DNA of 64,000 nucleotides, from positions 1,873,671 to 1,937,670 of the forward strand of contig BCKQ01000001.1 of assembly GCA_001600695.1 (NCBI GenBank), written 5' to 3'. The notes beneath the pieces are model-generated. The model ran no database searches. It worked only from the letters and a program-made list of their open reading frames with translations, and was not told the origin of the DNA. The position numbers were made by a program, and so were the translations under genes. Shown here piece after piece: positions 23,091-35,465 of the stretch (within the stretch, counting starts at the first letter, position 1; every line of letters begins with the position of its first letter). The stretch comes from Ascoidea asiatica JCM 7603. Lineage: Eukaryota; Fungi; Ascomycota.

Positions 23091-23650
23091 GTTTTCATAT
23101 GTTTTCATATGTTTTCATATGTTTTCATATGTTTTTATTTTTTATAGTAATTAAATTGAACTAATTAGGATATAGCTTTAATATGAAGCCTTCTTTGATA
23201 CGATTTTTTAAAAAGAATGAGAGTTATCAGGTTTCTAAAAAGGAGATTCAAATAAAAGTAACTGATCGTTAAAGAATTGAATTTAATTTTAATCTTATTT
23301 ATTTCTATTTAATAATTTATAATAAATTTGAAATCTAAGCTTAGAATACATTTTTTTGAAATGCTTTTAAAAATATTGGGAAGTTAAAAACAGAAAGTTA
23401 AAAACAGAAAGTTAAAAACAGAAAGTTAAAATAGAAAGTTAAAAAAAGAAAGTTACCAGAGTTAAATAAAAAAAGAACGTATATTTCAGATCTAAAAAAT
23501 TAATTTATTTCGGAATTTTTATTTTTATTTGAAAAATAAATTTAAGAATATTATTTCTAAATTCTTTTATTAATTTTGATATTTATTAAATGCCTAAAAA
23601 TGAATTTAAATGAATTTAAATGAATTTAAATGAATTTAAATGAATTTAAA
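23091..23650. repeat. Three short tandem arrays
   Basis: (GTTTTCATAT)4 at 23091-23130; about 5 copies of GAAAGTTAAAAACA at ~23381-23455; (TGAATTTAAA)5 at 23601-23650. Confidence 0.85.
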
Positions 23651-24039
23651 TGATTATATAAAAATGATTGTAAAAAAAGGTGAATAAAATGAATGAAAAG
23701 AAAAAAGAAAAAAAAAGATCAAAAATAGATTAATTAGATTAATTAGATCACAAGAGATCCAAAGAGATCAAAAATATACCGTAAAAATAAATATACCGTA
23801 AAAATTAAGGACGAAAAAAACGAATAGAAAATGAGAGATAAATAATTTTTTAAATAATTTTTTAAATAATATATGATATACAATTATTAAAGTACTTAAT
23901 AAAATATTAATACTAGCGAGTATAATAGCAATTGTAAAATTTATAATAGTAATAATGTAAATAATAATAAAGATAGTAATAATAATAATATAAATAGAAA
24001 AAATAAGAAGAGAAATAAGCAAGTGATTAGGATATAATA

Positions 24040-25706
24040 TCATATATAACTACATATAAGATTTGAGTTAGAGTTAGAGTTAGAATTTGAAATTGAAATT
24101 GAATTTGAATTTGAATTTGAATTTGAATTTTGATTATTATTATTATTGTTGTTATTTGAACTGATTATTGTTGAATTTGAGGAATTTGAGAAATTACTTT
24201 TAGTTTCATCATTATCAATATTGTTATTACTATTATTATTATTATTATTATCTATGTTATTTGATAATGGAGATGTAGAATCAGAATCTAAATCTAGATC
24301 TGAATCTGAGTTTGAATTTGAATTTGAATTTGAATTTGAAATTGAATTTGAATTTGAGATTGAATTTGAATTTGGAATATTTAAATATTCAGCCCATTCC
24401 ATTAATTCATAAAGTAAATTCATATTTGGACAAATTGCAGGAGCTTTAATTTTAACATAATTATAAGCATTATAAAAAGGAATATGTTTTAATTTCATTA
24501 TATAAGCAACTATTAAAGAAGCAGATCTTGAAACACCACATTGACAATGAATTAAAATTTTTTTTTTTAAATTTAAATTTAAATTAATTAAATTTGTTAA
24601 ATCTGGAAAATCTGGACATAATTTTGAAGTATGAGTCCAAGGTATATAAATATAATTAATATTTAAAATTTGATTAAAATAAAATTGAATATTATTATTT
24701 GAATTAATTTTAATAAAATTTATTGGAATTTTAACTTCTTTTGCAACATTAATTATAATATCAAAATTATTAATTTGATTTAAATTTGGTTCAGAATATA
24801 AATATAAATAATTATTTATAATTGGAATTGGACCATTTGGATAAGCATTTAAATTATTTTCATTTAAATTATTATCAGAAATATTATTAAATTTATTATT
24901 AAATTTATTAAATTGAAATTGAGATAAAGTTTGAGGTTTATAAGAATTATCAAAATAAGATGATGAAGTTGATGATGAAGTTGAAGAAGATGTTGATGAA
25001 GAAGTAGATGATGTAGAAGAGGTTGAAGAAGATGATGAGGAAGCAGAAGAAGAATCATTTTGATTTATTGTAGTAGGAATAGATAAGGATAATATAGTTT
25101 TTCTTCTTCGTAAAGGAGGAATATTGGGAAGAAAAGTAGTTGTAGAAGAAGCGCTGGATATTGTTGAAGAGGAAGAAGAAGATGTAGCAGACGAAGATGA
25201 TGAAGATGATGACAAAGAAGATAGCGCTGAGTAATTTGAAGAGGATGATGACGATGAAGATGAAGAAGAAGAAGAAGAAGGAACCGCTGATAAGTTTTTA
25301 TTACTATTTTGATTATTCATGTTGGTACTGTTGATATTGATATTATTGATAGAATTAATAGATAATTGAGGTAAATTGTTTTTATAAGAGTTGTTGATAT
25401 TATTGATATTATTATTAGTGATATTGTTAAAAAAAATACTTTTCTTTTTCTTTAATAGATTTGGATGTTTAAAAGGTAAAGAAGGAGTTAAAGGAGTTGA
25501 AGGAGAAGAATGAGATTTAAATCTAGATAAATTATTATTTTGTAAAGTATTGTTAGTATTGTTGTTATTGATGTTGTTGTTATTGTTATTTGATATAGAA
25601 GATAAATTTAATGATAAATTTTTAGTATTTCTTGATTTTAATTTCAAAGATTTTAAATTCTTTTTATTATTATTATTATTAGTGGTAATATTATTATTAG
25701 TGGTAA

Positions 25707-25737
<31 letters not shown>

Positions 25738-25917
25738 TGAATATATATTTTGATAAGTATTTTGATAATTATTATTTTCAGTCATATTTATATCATTTAT
25801 ATTGTCTATTGTATTTATATTATTTATATTACTTATTGTATTTATTGTATTTATATTTTGTATGGTTTCTAAAGTATTTATTGATCGAGAATTTAGATTG
25901 AAAGAAGAGTTATCCAT
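24040..25917 (-). CDS. MSG5: Dual-specificity MAP kinase phosphatase (Msg5/Cpp1 family)
   Basis: RNTKNLSLNL docking motif, NAYPNGP..LYLYSEP and catalytic HCQCGVSRSAS. Confidence 0.88.
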
Positions 25918-26594
25918 AATAAAAAGTGATATATTGTATATTATATTGTCTGTTGTTTGATAATGCGAATAATGTTATATATCAGAAGATCTCAGTTTGT
26001 AATAGACATATATTATATTGTTATATTATATTGTTATATTATATATTATATATTATATTATATATTATATTATATATTATATATTATATTGTATTGTATT
26101 GTAATACTGTTATCAGATTTCAGATTGAATATTTTCACCATACTCAAAGCTTCCAGAGCTATTAGCAGTAATTCAGTAATTCAGTAAGTTCACTGTTTAC
26201 TGCACTTCTATTTAAAGCTCCACTCGAATTTCCTAACACAAACGCAATCCAAAAACAAATTAAACCAACGCAGGTCCAGCTATTTTTATCTTGAAACAGA
26301 AAGCAGAAAGCACTACAAGCACACGCATGTGACATCATCTGTGTTCCTCTCCTTTGTCTCTTCTCTGCAAAGTTTCAGGTTTCGCATTCGTGTCCAGGAA
26401 CTGATCAACAATTCTAGACTCTCAGCCGGCTAAGCTGCAACACTGCTTCTGTTGTACTTCTAAAATTACAATATTTTGTAATTGCCAAGGTCACGTGGAT
26501 GGATGGATCAACATGGTCAGGTGATGCAAGGAAATCCCCGTTCCTGGTCTCAGATGGTCCCGTGGTTGCTGACGTAATGCATGACTAACACCGT

Positions 26595-26644
26595 ATCCAC
26601 TTATCTGGATCCACTTATCTGGATCCACTTAGCTGGATCCACTT
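26595..26644. repeat. 14-bp tandem repeat (ATCCACTTATCTGG, ~3.6 copies) forming chained ATCCA-N6-TGGAT palindromes
   Basis: atccacttatctgg atccacttatctgg atccacttagctgg atccactt, 160-210 bp upstream of KAP122. Confidence 0.9.
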
Positions 26645-26721
26645 TCTAATATAAATATAAACAATCATCAAAAACAATCAATAAAAAAAGTAGGTTTAAA
26701 AAAACCAGTCAATAAATATAT

Positions 26722-26752
<31 letters not shown>

Positions 26753-26805
26753 TAAAATAATCTCAATTCATTTCAATTCTTACAATAATAACTATAAACA
26801 AAATC

Positions 26806-29800
26806 ATGGAAATGGATATCGATATACAACATCTACTCAATATAGACTTAGATAAACTATCTTCAATAGATTTAGATACTTTAATAAATAATTTAAATAT
26901 TAATCAAATTGTTAATTTAATTGACAATTTTTATTCAATTAATAATAATAATAATAACAACTTTAATAAAATTCAAAAATTTTTACAATTTATTCAAAAA
27001 TCAAAAAATGGTTTAAATATTGCAAATGATTTATTATTATTAAAAAATAATTATTCTTTAAATGTTAAATTCTTTGGCGCTTTAACTTATACAATTAATT
27101 TAAATCAATTATTTAATAATAAACAACAACCGCCAACTATTAACAATAACAATAACAACTACAACAATATAATATCATTATCTGATTCTGAAAATGATTC
27201 TTCTATTGAAAATGATTTAGATAATAATGATAGAATTATTATTCAAAATAATTTATTAAATGATAAAATTTTATTTATTTTAAATCAATTATTAAATCAT
27301 TTAATAAATTTAATAAATTTAAATTCAATTAATTTAAATTTTATAATCAATAAATTATTATCTAATTTATCTTTAATATATATTAATTTAAATAATAATA
27401 ATATAAATTCAATTAATAATACTTCAATTTGGTTTAATCCTTTATTATCTCTATTCAAAATTTTAATTAACAATAATAATAATAATAATAACATAAATAA
27501 TATTAAAGAAATAATTAATGAAAATTCAAATTATAATTTAATTCAATTTTTAAATAATTCAATTAAAAATCAAAATGATTTAAAAATAATTTATATTCTT
27601 TTAAATTTTTCAAAAATTATTATTGAAGATTTATTAAAATTTGATTCAAATAATAAAAAATTATCTTTATATTTACATAATTTAATTTCAATTCATTTAT
27701 TTATTTCAAATGAATTAATTTTAACTTATATTCTTAAAGAATCTAATTCTAATTTTAATTCAAATTCAAATTCTAATATAATTATAGATATAAATATAAA
27801 ATTAGAATCTATACAAACTTTACAATCTTGGTTAAATTATATTAATTCAATTTCTTTAAGATTACCTTCAATAAATTATAATTTAAATAATTTATTTAAT
27901 TTAATTATAAATAATTTATCTAATTTAAATAAAAATTCAATCTTTATTATTAATAATATTGATTTAATTCAATCATATTTTGAATTTTTAACTTATATTT
28001 TTGAAACTTTTCCAAAATTTTTAAATTTAAAATTTAAATCAAATTTTATTCAATTTTTATTTAATGATATTATTATAACTTATGATAATAATGATAATAA
28101 TGATAATAAAAATTTAAATTTTTCAAAATTTTATTTAAATTATCTTATTAATGATAATGATAATGATTCAATTTTAAATTTTTCAAATTTATTAATCTCA
28201 TTTTTTGAAATTGATATTATAAAATTTTCTTCAACTTTAATTAATAATGAAAATAATAAAATTTTTGAATTTTTAATAAATTTAACAAATTTTAATGGTT
28301 TACCAATTATAGATGAATTAATTTCAAAAAATTTTATAGAATTTTGGATTGAAATTTCTGAAGTTATAATTGAAAATAATGAAAATTTATTAATAATTTT
28401 TAAAAATAATAGTGAAAATTTATTAAATTTAAATAAAAAATTAAAATTAATTTTAATTAATTTATCTCAAATTTATTGGTCAAAATTAAATTTACCTTTA
28501 AATAATAATTTAATTTTAAAAAATTTATTAATTTTTAATAAAGATGAATATTTATCTTATAGAAGAGATATTAATGATTTTTTTGAAATTATTTATCAAA
28601 TTATTGGTATACCTTTAATTCAAAATTTATCAAATAATATCATTTTAAATTTAAATAACAATACAAATACAAATACAAATATTAATGATAATGATAATGA
28701 TATTTTAAATATTGAAAATATTATTCAAATTGAATCTTCAATATTTTTATTAACTTCAATAACTCAATCATTTTCTGATGAAAATTTTTCAAAAATTATT
28801 TTAAATATATTCTCAGAAATTTTTGAATCAAATATTTTAAATAAAATTTTTAAATCAAATAATTTTTTTTTATCTTTAACTTTTGTTAATTTTTTAAGTA
28901 AAATTGATTTTTTTTATAGACATAAAATTGGTATAAAATATTTAGAATCAATTTTAAATTTCTTATTCAATTGTTTATCTTCAAATCAATTTTTAATTTC
29001 TCCATTTTTAATTTTCAATAATAATCAAAATTTAAATGAAAATAATTCTTATAAATTTCAATTAATTGTTGCAAAATCAATTTCAAAAATTTGTAATAAT
29101 AGTAGAGCTTCATTAATAAATTTTTTACCAAATTTTAATCAAATTTTATTTAATATTATTAATAATTTATCAATTAATAATTTCATTAGAGAAAAAATTG
29201 TTAATTCAGTTAGTTCAATTATTCAAAGTATTAATGATCCAAATATTCAAGCAAAACATTTATTTAATTTAATTAATTCAATAAATTTAAAATCTATAGA
29301 AATTTTAAATAATATTAAATTAAATTTAAATTTTTTAAATGATCAAAATTTAAATTATTTAATTTCTTTATTAAATTGTATTTATGAAATTGGTAAAGGT
29401 ATGCAATTTCCTGATGAAATTGAAGATTATTTTAATACTGAAGAAGAAAAACTTATATATATAAATTATTGGTTAAAAGATCCATTAGATATAAAAAATT
29501 TAATTTTAAAAATTTTATCAAATTTTTCAATAAATTTAGAAAATAAATTAATTTTTTTAAATTATAATAATAAAACAAAAATTGATCAAGAAAATAAAAT
29601 TAACTATTTTAATGAAATTATTGATAAATCTTGTTCAATTTTTAGAACTGGTTTATGTGAATTAATTCCAGGTCCATTTATTTTTGATAATTCAATTTTA
29701 TTAGATTTTATTTCTTTACAAGTTGAAACAATTATAAAAATAAGTTCTGAAAATAAAAAAATTTTAATGTCATTAACTTATTTATTTGATTTATTAACAA

Positions 29801-30480
29801 CTATAATTAATAGTAATTTTAATAAATTAACAAAAAATCAAGTTTCTTTAATTTTAAATAAAGTTTTAATTAAAAATATTAATTCAATTATATTAATTGA
29901 TCCTGATTTTATACAATCTTGTTTACAAATTTTAATTGCAATTATTGATAAAAAACCAAATTTAATAATTTATAAAAATACTTCTGTAAATTTAAAAATT
30001 TTATTAAAATTTAATTTAAATAATCTTCAAAGAAATGAAAAACATTTATTAAAATATACTATGCAATTTTGGAGAGGTATTATTCAATTAAAAAAAGGTG
30101 ATCAAGAATCTCATGAATTTATGAAAAATTTATTTATTCAAGGTGAAGTTGGACAAAATTTGACTTTAATTTCATTAAAATCTTTAATTAATTCAGATAG
30201 ATCTAATTCTGGAACATATGCAGAAATTTTAAGAACAATTATTGGAAAATATCCTTTAGAATTTAAAAATTGGATATTGAATAGTTTCACAATTATTAAT
30301 CTAGAAGCTTTAATATTAAATAATTCTTTAGCAGAAGTTAATCGAAAATCTAAAGTTTTTAAACAACAAGAAATTGATTTTTTGGTTAAAAAATTAATAT
30401 TAACAAGAGGATCAAAAAGAATGGTGACAATACTTAAAGATTTTTGGTTAACTGCCAATGGACTTATTGATTATACTTAA
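26806..30480 (+). CDS. KAP122: Importin-beta family karyopherin Kap122/Pdr6
   Basis: N-terminus IQKFLQFIQKSKNGLNIANDLL..NVKFFGALTYT matches Kap122; HEAT-like helical body. Confidence 0.85.
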   Translation: MEMDIDIQHLLNIDLDKLSSIDLDTLINNLNINQIVNLIDNFYSINNNNNNNFNKIQKFLQFIQKSKNGLNIANDLLLLKNNYSLNVKFFGALTYTINLNQLFNNKQQPPTINNNNNNYNNIISLSDSENDSSIENDLDNNDRIIIQNNLLNDKILFILNQLLNHLINLINLNSINLNFIINKLLSNLSLIYINLNNNNINSINNTSIWFNPLLSLFKILINNNNNNNNINNIKEIINENSNYNLIQFLNNSIKNQNDLKIIYILLNFSKIIIEDLLKFDSNNKKLSLYLHNLISIHLFISNELILTYILKESNSNFNSNSNSNIIIDINIKLESIQTLQSWLNYINSISLRLPSINYNLNNLFNLIINNLSNLNKNSIFIINNIDLIQSYFEFLTYIFETFPKFLNLKFKSNFIQFLFNDIIITYDNNDNNDNKNLNFSKFYLNYLINDNDNDSILNFSNLLISFFEIDIIKFSSTLINNENNKIFEFLINLTNFNGLPIIDELISKNFIEFWIEISEVIIENNENLLIIFKNNSENLLNLNKKLKLILINLSQIYWSKLNLPLNNNLILKNLLIFNKDEYLSYRRDINDFFEIIYQIIGIPLIQNLSNNIILNLNNNTNTNTNINDNDNDILNIENIIQIESSIFLLTSITQSFSDENFSKIILNIFSEIFESNILNKIFKSNNFFLSLTFVNFLSKIDFFYRHKIGIKYLESILNFLFNCLSSNQFLISPFLIFNNNQNLNENNSYKFQLIVAKSISKICNNSRASLINFLPNFNQILFNIINNLSINNFIREKIVNSVSSIIQSINDPNIQAKHLFNLINSINLKSIEILNNIKLNLNFLNDQNLNYLISLLNCIYEIGKGMQFPDEIEDYFNTEEEKLIYINYWLKDPLDIKNLILKILSNFSINLENKLIFLNYNNKTKIDQENKINYFNEIIDKSCSIFRTGLCELIPGPFIFDNSILLDFISLQVETIIKISSENKKILMSLTYLFDLLTTIINSNFNKLTKNQVSLILNKVLIKNINSIILIDPDFIQSCLQILIAIIDKKPNLIIYKNTSVNLKILLKFNLNNLQRNEKHLLKYTMQFWRGIIQLKKGDQESHEFMKNLFIQGEVGQNLTLISLKSLINSDRSNSGTYAEILRTIIGKYPLEFKNWILNSFTIINLEALILNNSLAEVNRKSKVFKQQEIDFLVKKLILTRGSKRMVTILKDFWLTANGLIDYT

Positions 30481-30714
30481 ATAGTAATCAAAGAATGTAC
30501 GTTTAAGATTCTTTTCCTAATGATATTTTTTTATTATTCTTTTTTTTTTTTTTCAAATTCATCGCATTGCATACATGATTTCATAATTACATTATTTCAT
30601 TATTTTAATATCATTTTGGAAAAGGATTTTCAATGTTTTTTAAAAAAATTCATATATTTAAAATAGACTATAAAAAATAAATAAAATTACATAAAAAAAA
30701 CAGGGAGAAAATAT

Positions 30715-32208
30715 TTAAGCTTGCATTTTTTCTAATAAAGAACATAAGAAATCAGCTTCAGCATTATAATCTAATGGAGAAATTGATTGAGCTTGATATC
30801 TAATTCTAGCATTACCATTATAAGTATCAGTTCTTGCACTTAATCTTAAATTATATTCTTGAGATTGACATTTTTCTAATAAATCTTTAAAAGCAATTTC
30901 ATTATCATCTTTTAAATTTAAAAGAGATTTTGCATCCATTTGTAATAAATTTTTTGCAGATTCATCAAATAAAGTTACCCAAATTTGACTTGTATTATCC
31001 ATAATTGAACAACTTAAAATATATCTTCTTTCAGGTTCTGGATGATTAATATTACATTTTTCACATCTCCATAAACCACCATCTTGTTCAATAACTTTTC
31101 TATTACAATTTAAAGAAGCACAAGCATTATAATAAAAATTATCTGGTTTTATATAATTTATAAAAGCTTTAATTGAGAAATAATCTGGTTTTTCATTTGT
31201 ACCTAAATTTTCATCAATTGCTTCTTGAATTGATTTTCTTTCAGATAAATTTAATGAACCTAAATTACCATTAGATCTTTCAATTTTTAAACTTATAAAA
31301 TTTTGATTATGACCTTGAGAATCATACCAACCTTTTAATTTAAATGCATCAGGTACATCAGGATTTGAAATTATTGTACCAGCTTGAGTTAAAGATAAAC
31401 TTCTACCACCAAAATCCGAAATTTTTGCACCTTTTATTGCAATTACAGAACCTATTGGTAAATCAAAATCTAAAGCAGTTTTATTCCAAAGACCTAAATT
31501 TATTGCAAAATTTGTATTATCAACAATAATTATATCTCTTCTATCATATGGTTTACCAGTTGATTTTGCAATAATTTGAAAAGTTGGTAAAACTTCTTTT
31601 AAAATTCCAATAATATCAATAATTAAATTTGGTTGTAAATTTTGAATTTTTGATAAAGAAATAAAATCAAAATGTAATTTTGGTACATCATTTGAATCAT
31701 TATCTAAACAAATTTCAATTTCAGTATCTCTATCTAAAGATAATTCATATGGATGTGATAAATTTGAAAATTGAGATCTTGCAGGATTAATTCTTGCTTT
31801 TGAAATATAAAAAACTTTATTTTCTTGTAATAAATCATAAAATTTATCACATTGATCATTAAAAGCAGTTGCTCTAATTTCATTTGATTCATCTAAAAAA
31901 TTACAATTAAATAATTTTCCATCACCTTTTTGATTTGACCAAGTTCTTATAGGAGATTTATAAGAAACTCTTGCTTTTATTGTCCAAATATTTTGATAAG
32001 GAGATAATTGATCAATTGGATAAATAGTTTGATTATTACGTTTTGAAGTTCTTGAGATTGAATTAGTTTTATCATTGTTATTATTATTGTTGTTGTTATT
32101 TGAATAGAAAGATTGAGAATCAATTTTATTTGGTTTAACGGTTGTATTGCTGTTATCATTATTATCATTATTATCATTATTATTATCATTGGAAGTAGTA
32201 TTAGTATT

Positions 32209-32243
<35 letters not shown>

Positions 32244-32811
32244 TTTGAAGATAAGTATTATATTTTGCATAAGTATTACTTATATTTTTATTTGGATTTA
32301 TAAGATTTTCATTTTTATGATTATTAATATAATTTAAATTATATTTTATAAAAGGATATTTATCAATTTTTAAATTTGATAATGGAATTTTAATAGTTTT
32401 TGCAGAATCTGAAGGTACTAAATTTATAAAATTTTTATTTTTTTTAAAAAATTCATCAATTGACATTATTGGTTTACCAATTTTTGAAGATAAATGAGAA
32501 ATTACAATTAAATCTGAAATTATTATTACATGTTTTTGACCATCACTCATTTTTTCTAAATCATAAGATTTTATTAAAATTATTGAAGATTTTTGAATAT
32601 CTTGTTTTTGACAATATGGTACAGATTCTGGTCTAACAACAGCATGAGTTGTATATTCACCATCAGAAATTATCATTCTTAATCTTATACCTTGATCATT
32701 TGAAATTAATTTAATATTAGTTACTTGAACTTTAAATGGTGGTCTTGCACTCCAAAAATCATAATCATTAAAAAGTAAATGTAAAATATTTTTATCTAAA
32801 GTATCTGACAT
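30715..32811 (-). CDS. RFA1: Replication protein A large subunit
   Basis: LSPYQNIWTIKARVSYKS, DESNEIRATAFN, and C4 zinc motif YNACASLNCNRKV..WRCEKC. Confidence 0.97.
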
Positions 32812-33055
32812 TTTTGAATTAAAGTAAGAATAAGAATAGGATATTAAAGAAGTTATTGAATCGAATTGGTAACAATGCTAGTTATATTAACTTTGTAATT
32901 GAAATAAGTGATTGATTGATTGATTGATTTGAATTAAGAGTAAAACAAAAGTGTGAAATTGTTAAAAATATGGAAAGATTCAAAGATTCAAAGATTTAAA
33001 CATTCAAAACACTCCACTGAAAATGAAGGATATTTATTTATTGAGGTTTTGCTCA

Positions 33056-33149
33056 ACGCGTAAGAAAAACAAAAAAACAGAAAAACAGAAAAACAGAAAC
33101 ACGTGACACAAAAATAGTTAAAAAATAAATAAAAAAAAAAGCGACGCGT
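33056..33149. promoter_or_regulatory. Two MCB elements and a Cbf1-type E-box in the RFA1/SNF6 promoter
   Basis: ACGCGT at 33056 and 33144; CACGTGAC at 33100. Confidence 0.75.
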
Positions 33150-33419
33150 AAAAAAACAAAAAAAGCGCAAACCTCCAAAAAGCAAACCCCTGAAAATGTC
33201 AGGTGATTAAACCGGGGTCTGAGTTGGTGGCGTGTACATTGGAAGTGTGGCGAGTGAGTTGCCAGTGCGAAGAAACGGAAAAGAAACAAAGAAACAAAGA
33301 AACAAAGAAACAAAGAAACAAAGAGACAAAAGAAGAAGAAGAAGAAGAAGAAGAGACAATACAATACAATACAATACAATACAAGACAGACGAGACAAGA
33401 GAAGAGAAATAGTAAGAAG

Positions 33420-35393
33420 ATGCCTCCACAGACAACAGAGAAGAGACGAAGGAAGACAAGAAGCTCGCATGCTGCCAGTGCCACTCCCCAGCCAGACCAT
33501 GATCTTTCTCGTTCATCTCGAAGACAATCTCATTCCCAGAATCAGTTTCAGCAGCAGCAATTACAACAACAACAGCAACAGCAACAACAACAACAACAAC
33601 AACAACAATTCCAACAACAGCAACAGCAACAACAACAGTTAAATGAAAATATTCATGATGAAGCAGATATAATGTCATTTAGAAATATTGCTTTAAATAG
33701 ATTCACCTTAAATCAAGAATTAATGGATAGTTTATTCTCAAGACATTTAAATATTTTCAAAAATATTGAACCATCTGAATCTTTTCCAACTTTAATTAAA
33801 GAAAAATTAAAATCTTCAATAAATAATAATAGCAATAGCAATAGCAATAGCAATAGCAATAGCAATACTTTTAATTCATCTTTGAAAAAATTTTTATATT
33901 CAAATATTTTTAAAGATTTAAATCCATCTGATATTTGGTTTGGAGATTTAAAAATTTTAAAAAAACAAAATGAAATTTATGAAAATGAAATTAATGATTT
34001 AAGTAATTTATTAATAAATTTAATTAAAAATATTAATAATGATATAATTTATGAAAGTGAATTGGATATAGAATTAGAAAATAAAAAATTAAATAAAAAA
34101 TTAGAAAAATTAGAAAAATTAAATAAATTTGAAATGGAAAATGATTTTAATAATTTAAATTATAAAATTAAAACTATAGATTTAAATTTATTAAATAAAT
34201 TAAGATTATTAATTAATATTTATGATAATAATAAAGAAAATGATTTAATTTCAATTATTGAAAAAAATTCTTATAATTTAAATAAATTATCTACTAATAC
34301 TAATAATATTATTACTAATAGTAGTAGTAATAATAAAAAATTTACTAAAACTAATAAAAATAATAAAAATAATAAAAATAATAAAATTTCAAAAAAAATT
34401 ATCAATAACAACAACAATAATAATAATAATTTATTACCATTAAATAAAAAAATTTTATTAAATTTAAATATTAATGGAAATTATATTAAAAAATCAATAA
34501 ATTCTTTAAAACCATTAAATTATTCTGAAGCTCCAGAAAATTATTGGAATGATCTTAAAATTAAAGAAGATAATTTAAAACAATTACAATTAATAAGACA
34601 AAGACAAAGACAAGAAGAAGAAGAAGAAAATGAAAGAATTAGATTACAAACACAACAACAAGAATTAGAAGAACTGAATTTTCAAAGAAAACAACAATTA
34701 AATTTATCTTTAAATCCATTATCAAATGATAATAATATTAATAATATTAATAATATTAATAATAATAATATTAATAATAATAATATTAATAATAATAATA
34801 TTAATAAAGATTTACTTTTAAAATCAGATAATAAAAGTCAATCAAATTTAGATTTAGATCCAAACTTAGATCAAAATTTAGATCTTTCTTTAGTTGTTGA
34901 TGATATAAATTTAAATATGGATGTAAATAATTTAAATTTAAATCATTTAGGAATAAATAATTTAAGTATGAATAATTTAAATATGAATAATTTAGGAATG
35001 AATAATATTCCAATGAACATGAATTTACCTTTTAATAATAATATATCTAATAATAATTTAAATATTAATCTAAATAATGGTAATAATAATAATAATAATA
35101 TAACTAATAATATCAATAATGGTTTACCATTTAATGGTAATTCAAATTTACCTTTCAATAATAATATTAATAATAATATTAATAGTAATACTAACTTACC
35201 TATGAATATGAATAATTTATCAATGAATAATATTTCAATGAATAATTTAAATATGAATATGAACATGAACATGAACATGAATATGAATATGAATATGGGT
35301 TTAGTTGATGATAATAATGAAAATTTTGATTTTTTAAATATGCAAAGTTCTTTAGATGATCAAGATTTCTTAGTTGATCATTCAATGGAATAA
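33420..35393 (+). CDS. SNF6: SWI/SNF subunit Snf6-like
   Basis: NIHDEADIMSFRN resembles S. cerevisiae Snf6 IIHDESDTISFRS; basic N-terminus, poly-Q and Met/Asn-rich tail. Confidence 0.72.
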   Translation: MPPQTTEKRRRKTRSSHAASATPQPDHDLSRSSRRQSHSQNQFQQQQLQQQQQQQQQQQQQQQFQQQQQQQQQLNENIHDEADIMSFRNIALNRFTLNQELMDSLFSRHLNIFKNIEPSESFPTLIKEKLKSSINNNSNSNSNSNSNSNTFNSSLKKFLYSNIFKDLNPSDIWFGDLKILKKQNEIYENEINDLSNLLINLIKNINNDIIYESELDIELENKKLNKKLEKLEKLNKFEMENDFNNLNYKIKTIDLNLLNKLRLLINIYDNNKENDLISIIEKNSYNLNKLSTNTNNIITNSSSNNKKFTKTNKNNKNNKNNKISKKIINNNNNNNNNLLPLNKKILLNLNINGNYIKKSINSLKPLNYSEAPENYWNDLKIKEDNLKQLQLIRQRQRQEEEEENERIRLQTQQQELEELNFQRKQQLNLSLNPLSNDNNINNINNINNNNINNNNINNNNINKDLLLKSDNKSQSNLDLDPNLDQNLDLSLVVDDINLNMDVNNLNLNHLGINNLSMNNLNMNNLGMNNIPMNMNLPFNNNISNNNLNINLNNGNNNNNNITNNINNGLPFNGNSNLPFNNNINNNINSNTNLPMNMNNLSMNNISMNNLNMNMNMNMNMNMNMNMGLVDDNNENFDFLNMQSSLDDQDFLVDHSME

Positions 35394-35465
35394 TTCTTAT
35401 TTATAATCTTGATTTATTTTTGTAATATATATATATATACTGTATATCTATTTCTTTTCTTTTTT

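Noticed and set aside
1-25917. Mating-type or pheromone-signalling gene cluster (pheromone gene plus MSG5)
   Set aside because: The two genes are 24 kb apart with unrelated genes between them, and there is no HMG, alpha-box or homeodomain MAT gene, SLA2 or DIC1
23768-26187. Short hydrophobic ORFs (23768, 24146, 25550, 25926, 25957)
   Set aside because: Antisense or low-complexity AT-repeat artefacts with no domain signal; the same applies to most shadow ORFs in the track
32988-33678. Several overlapping 65-159-aa ORFs around the RFA1/SNF6 promoter
   Set aside because: They arise from simple repeats (AAAGAAAC, ACAAT, GAA, CAA) and the antisense of SNF6
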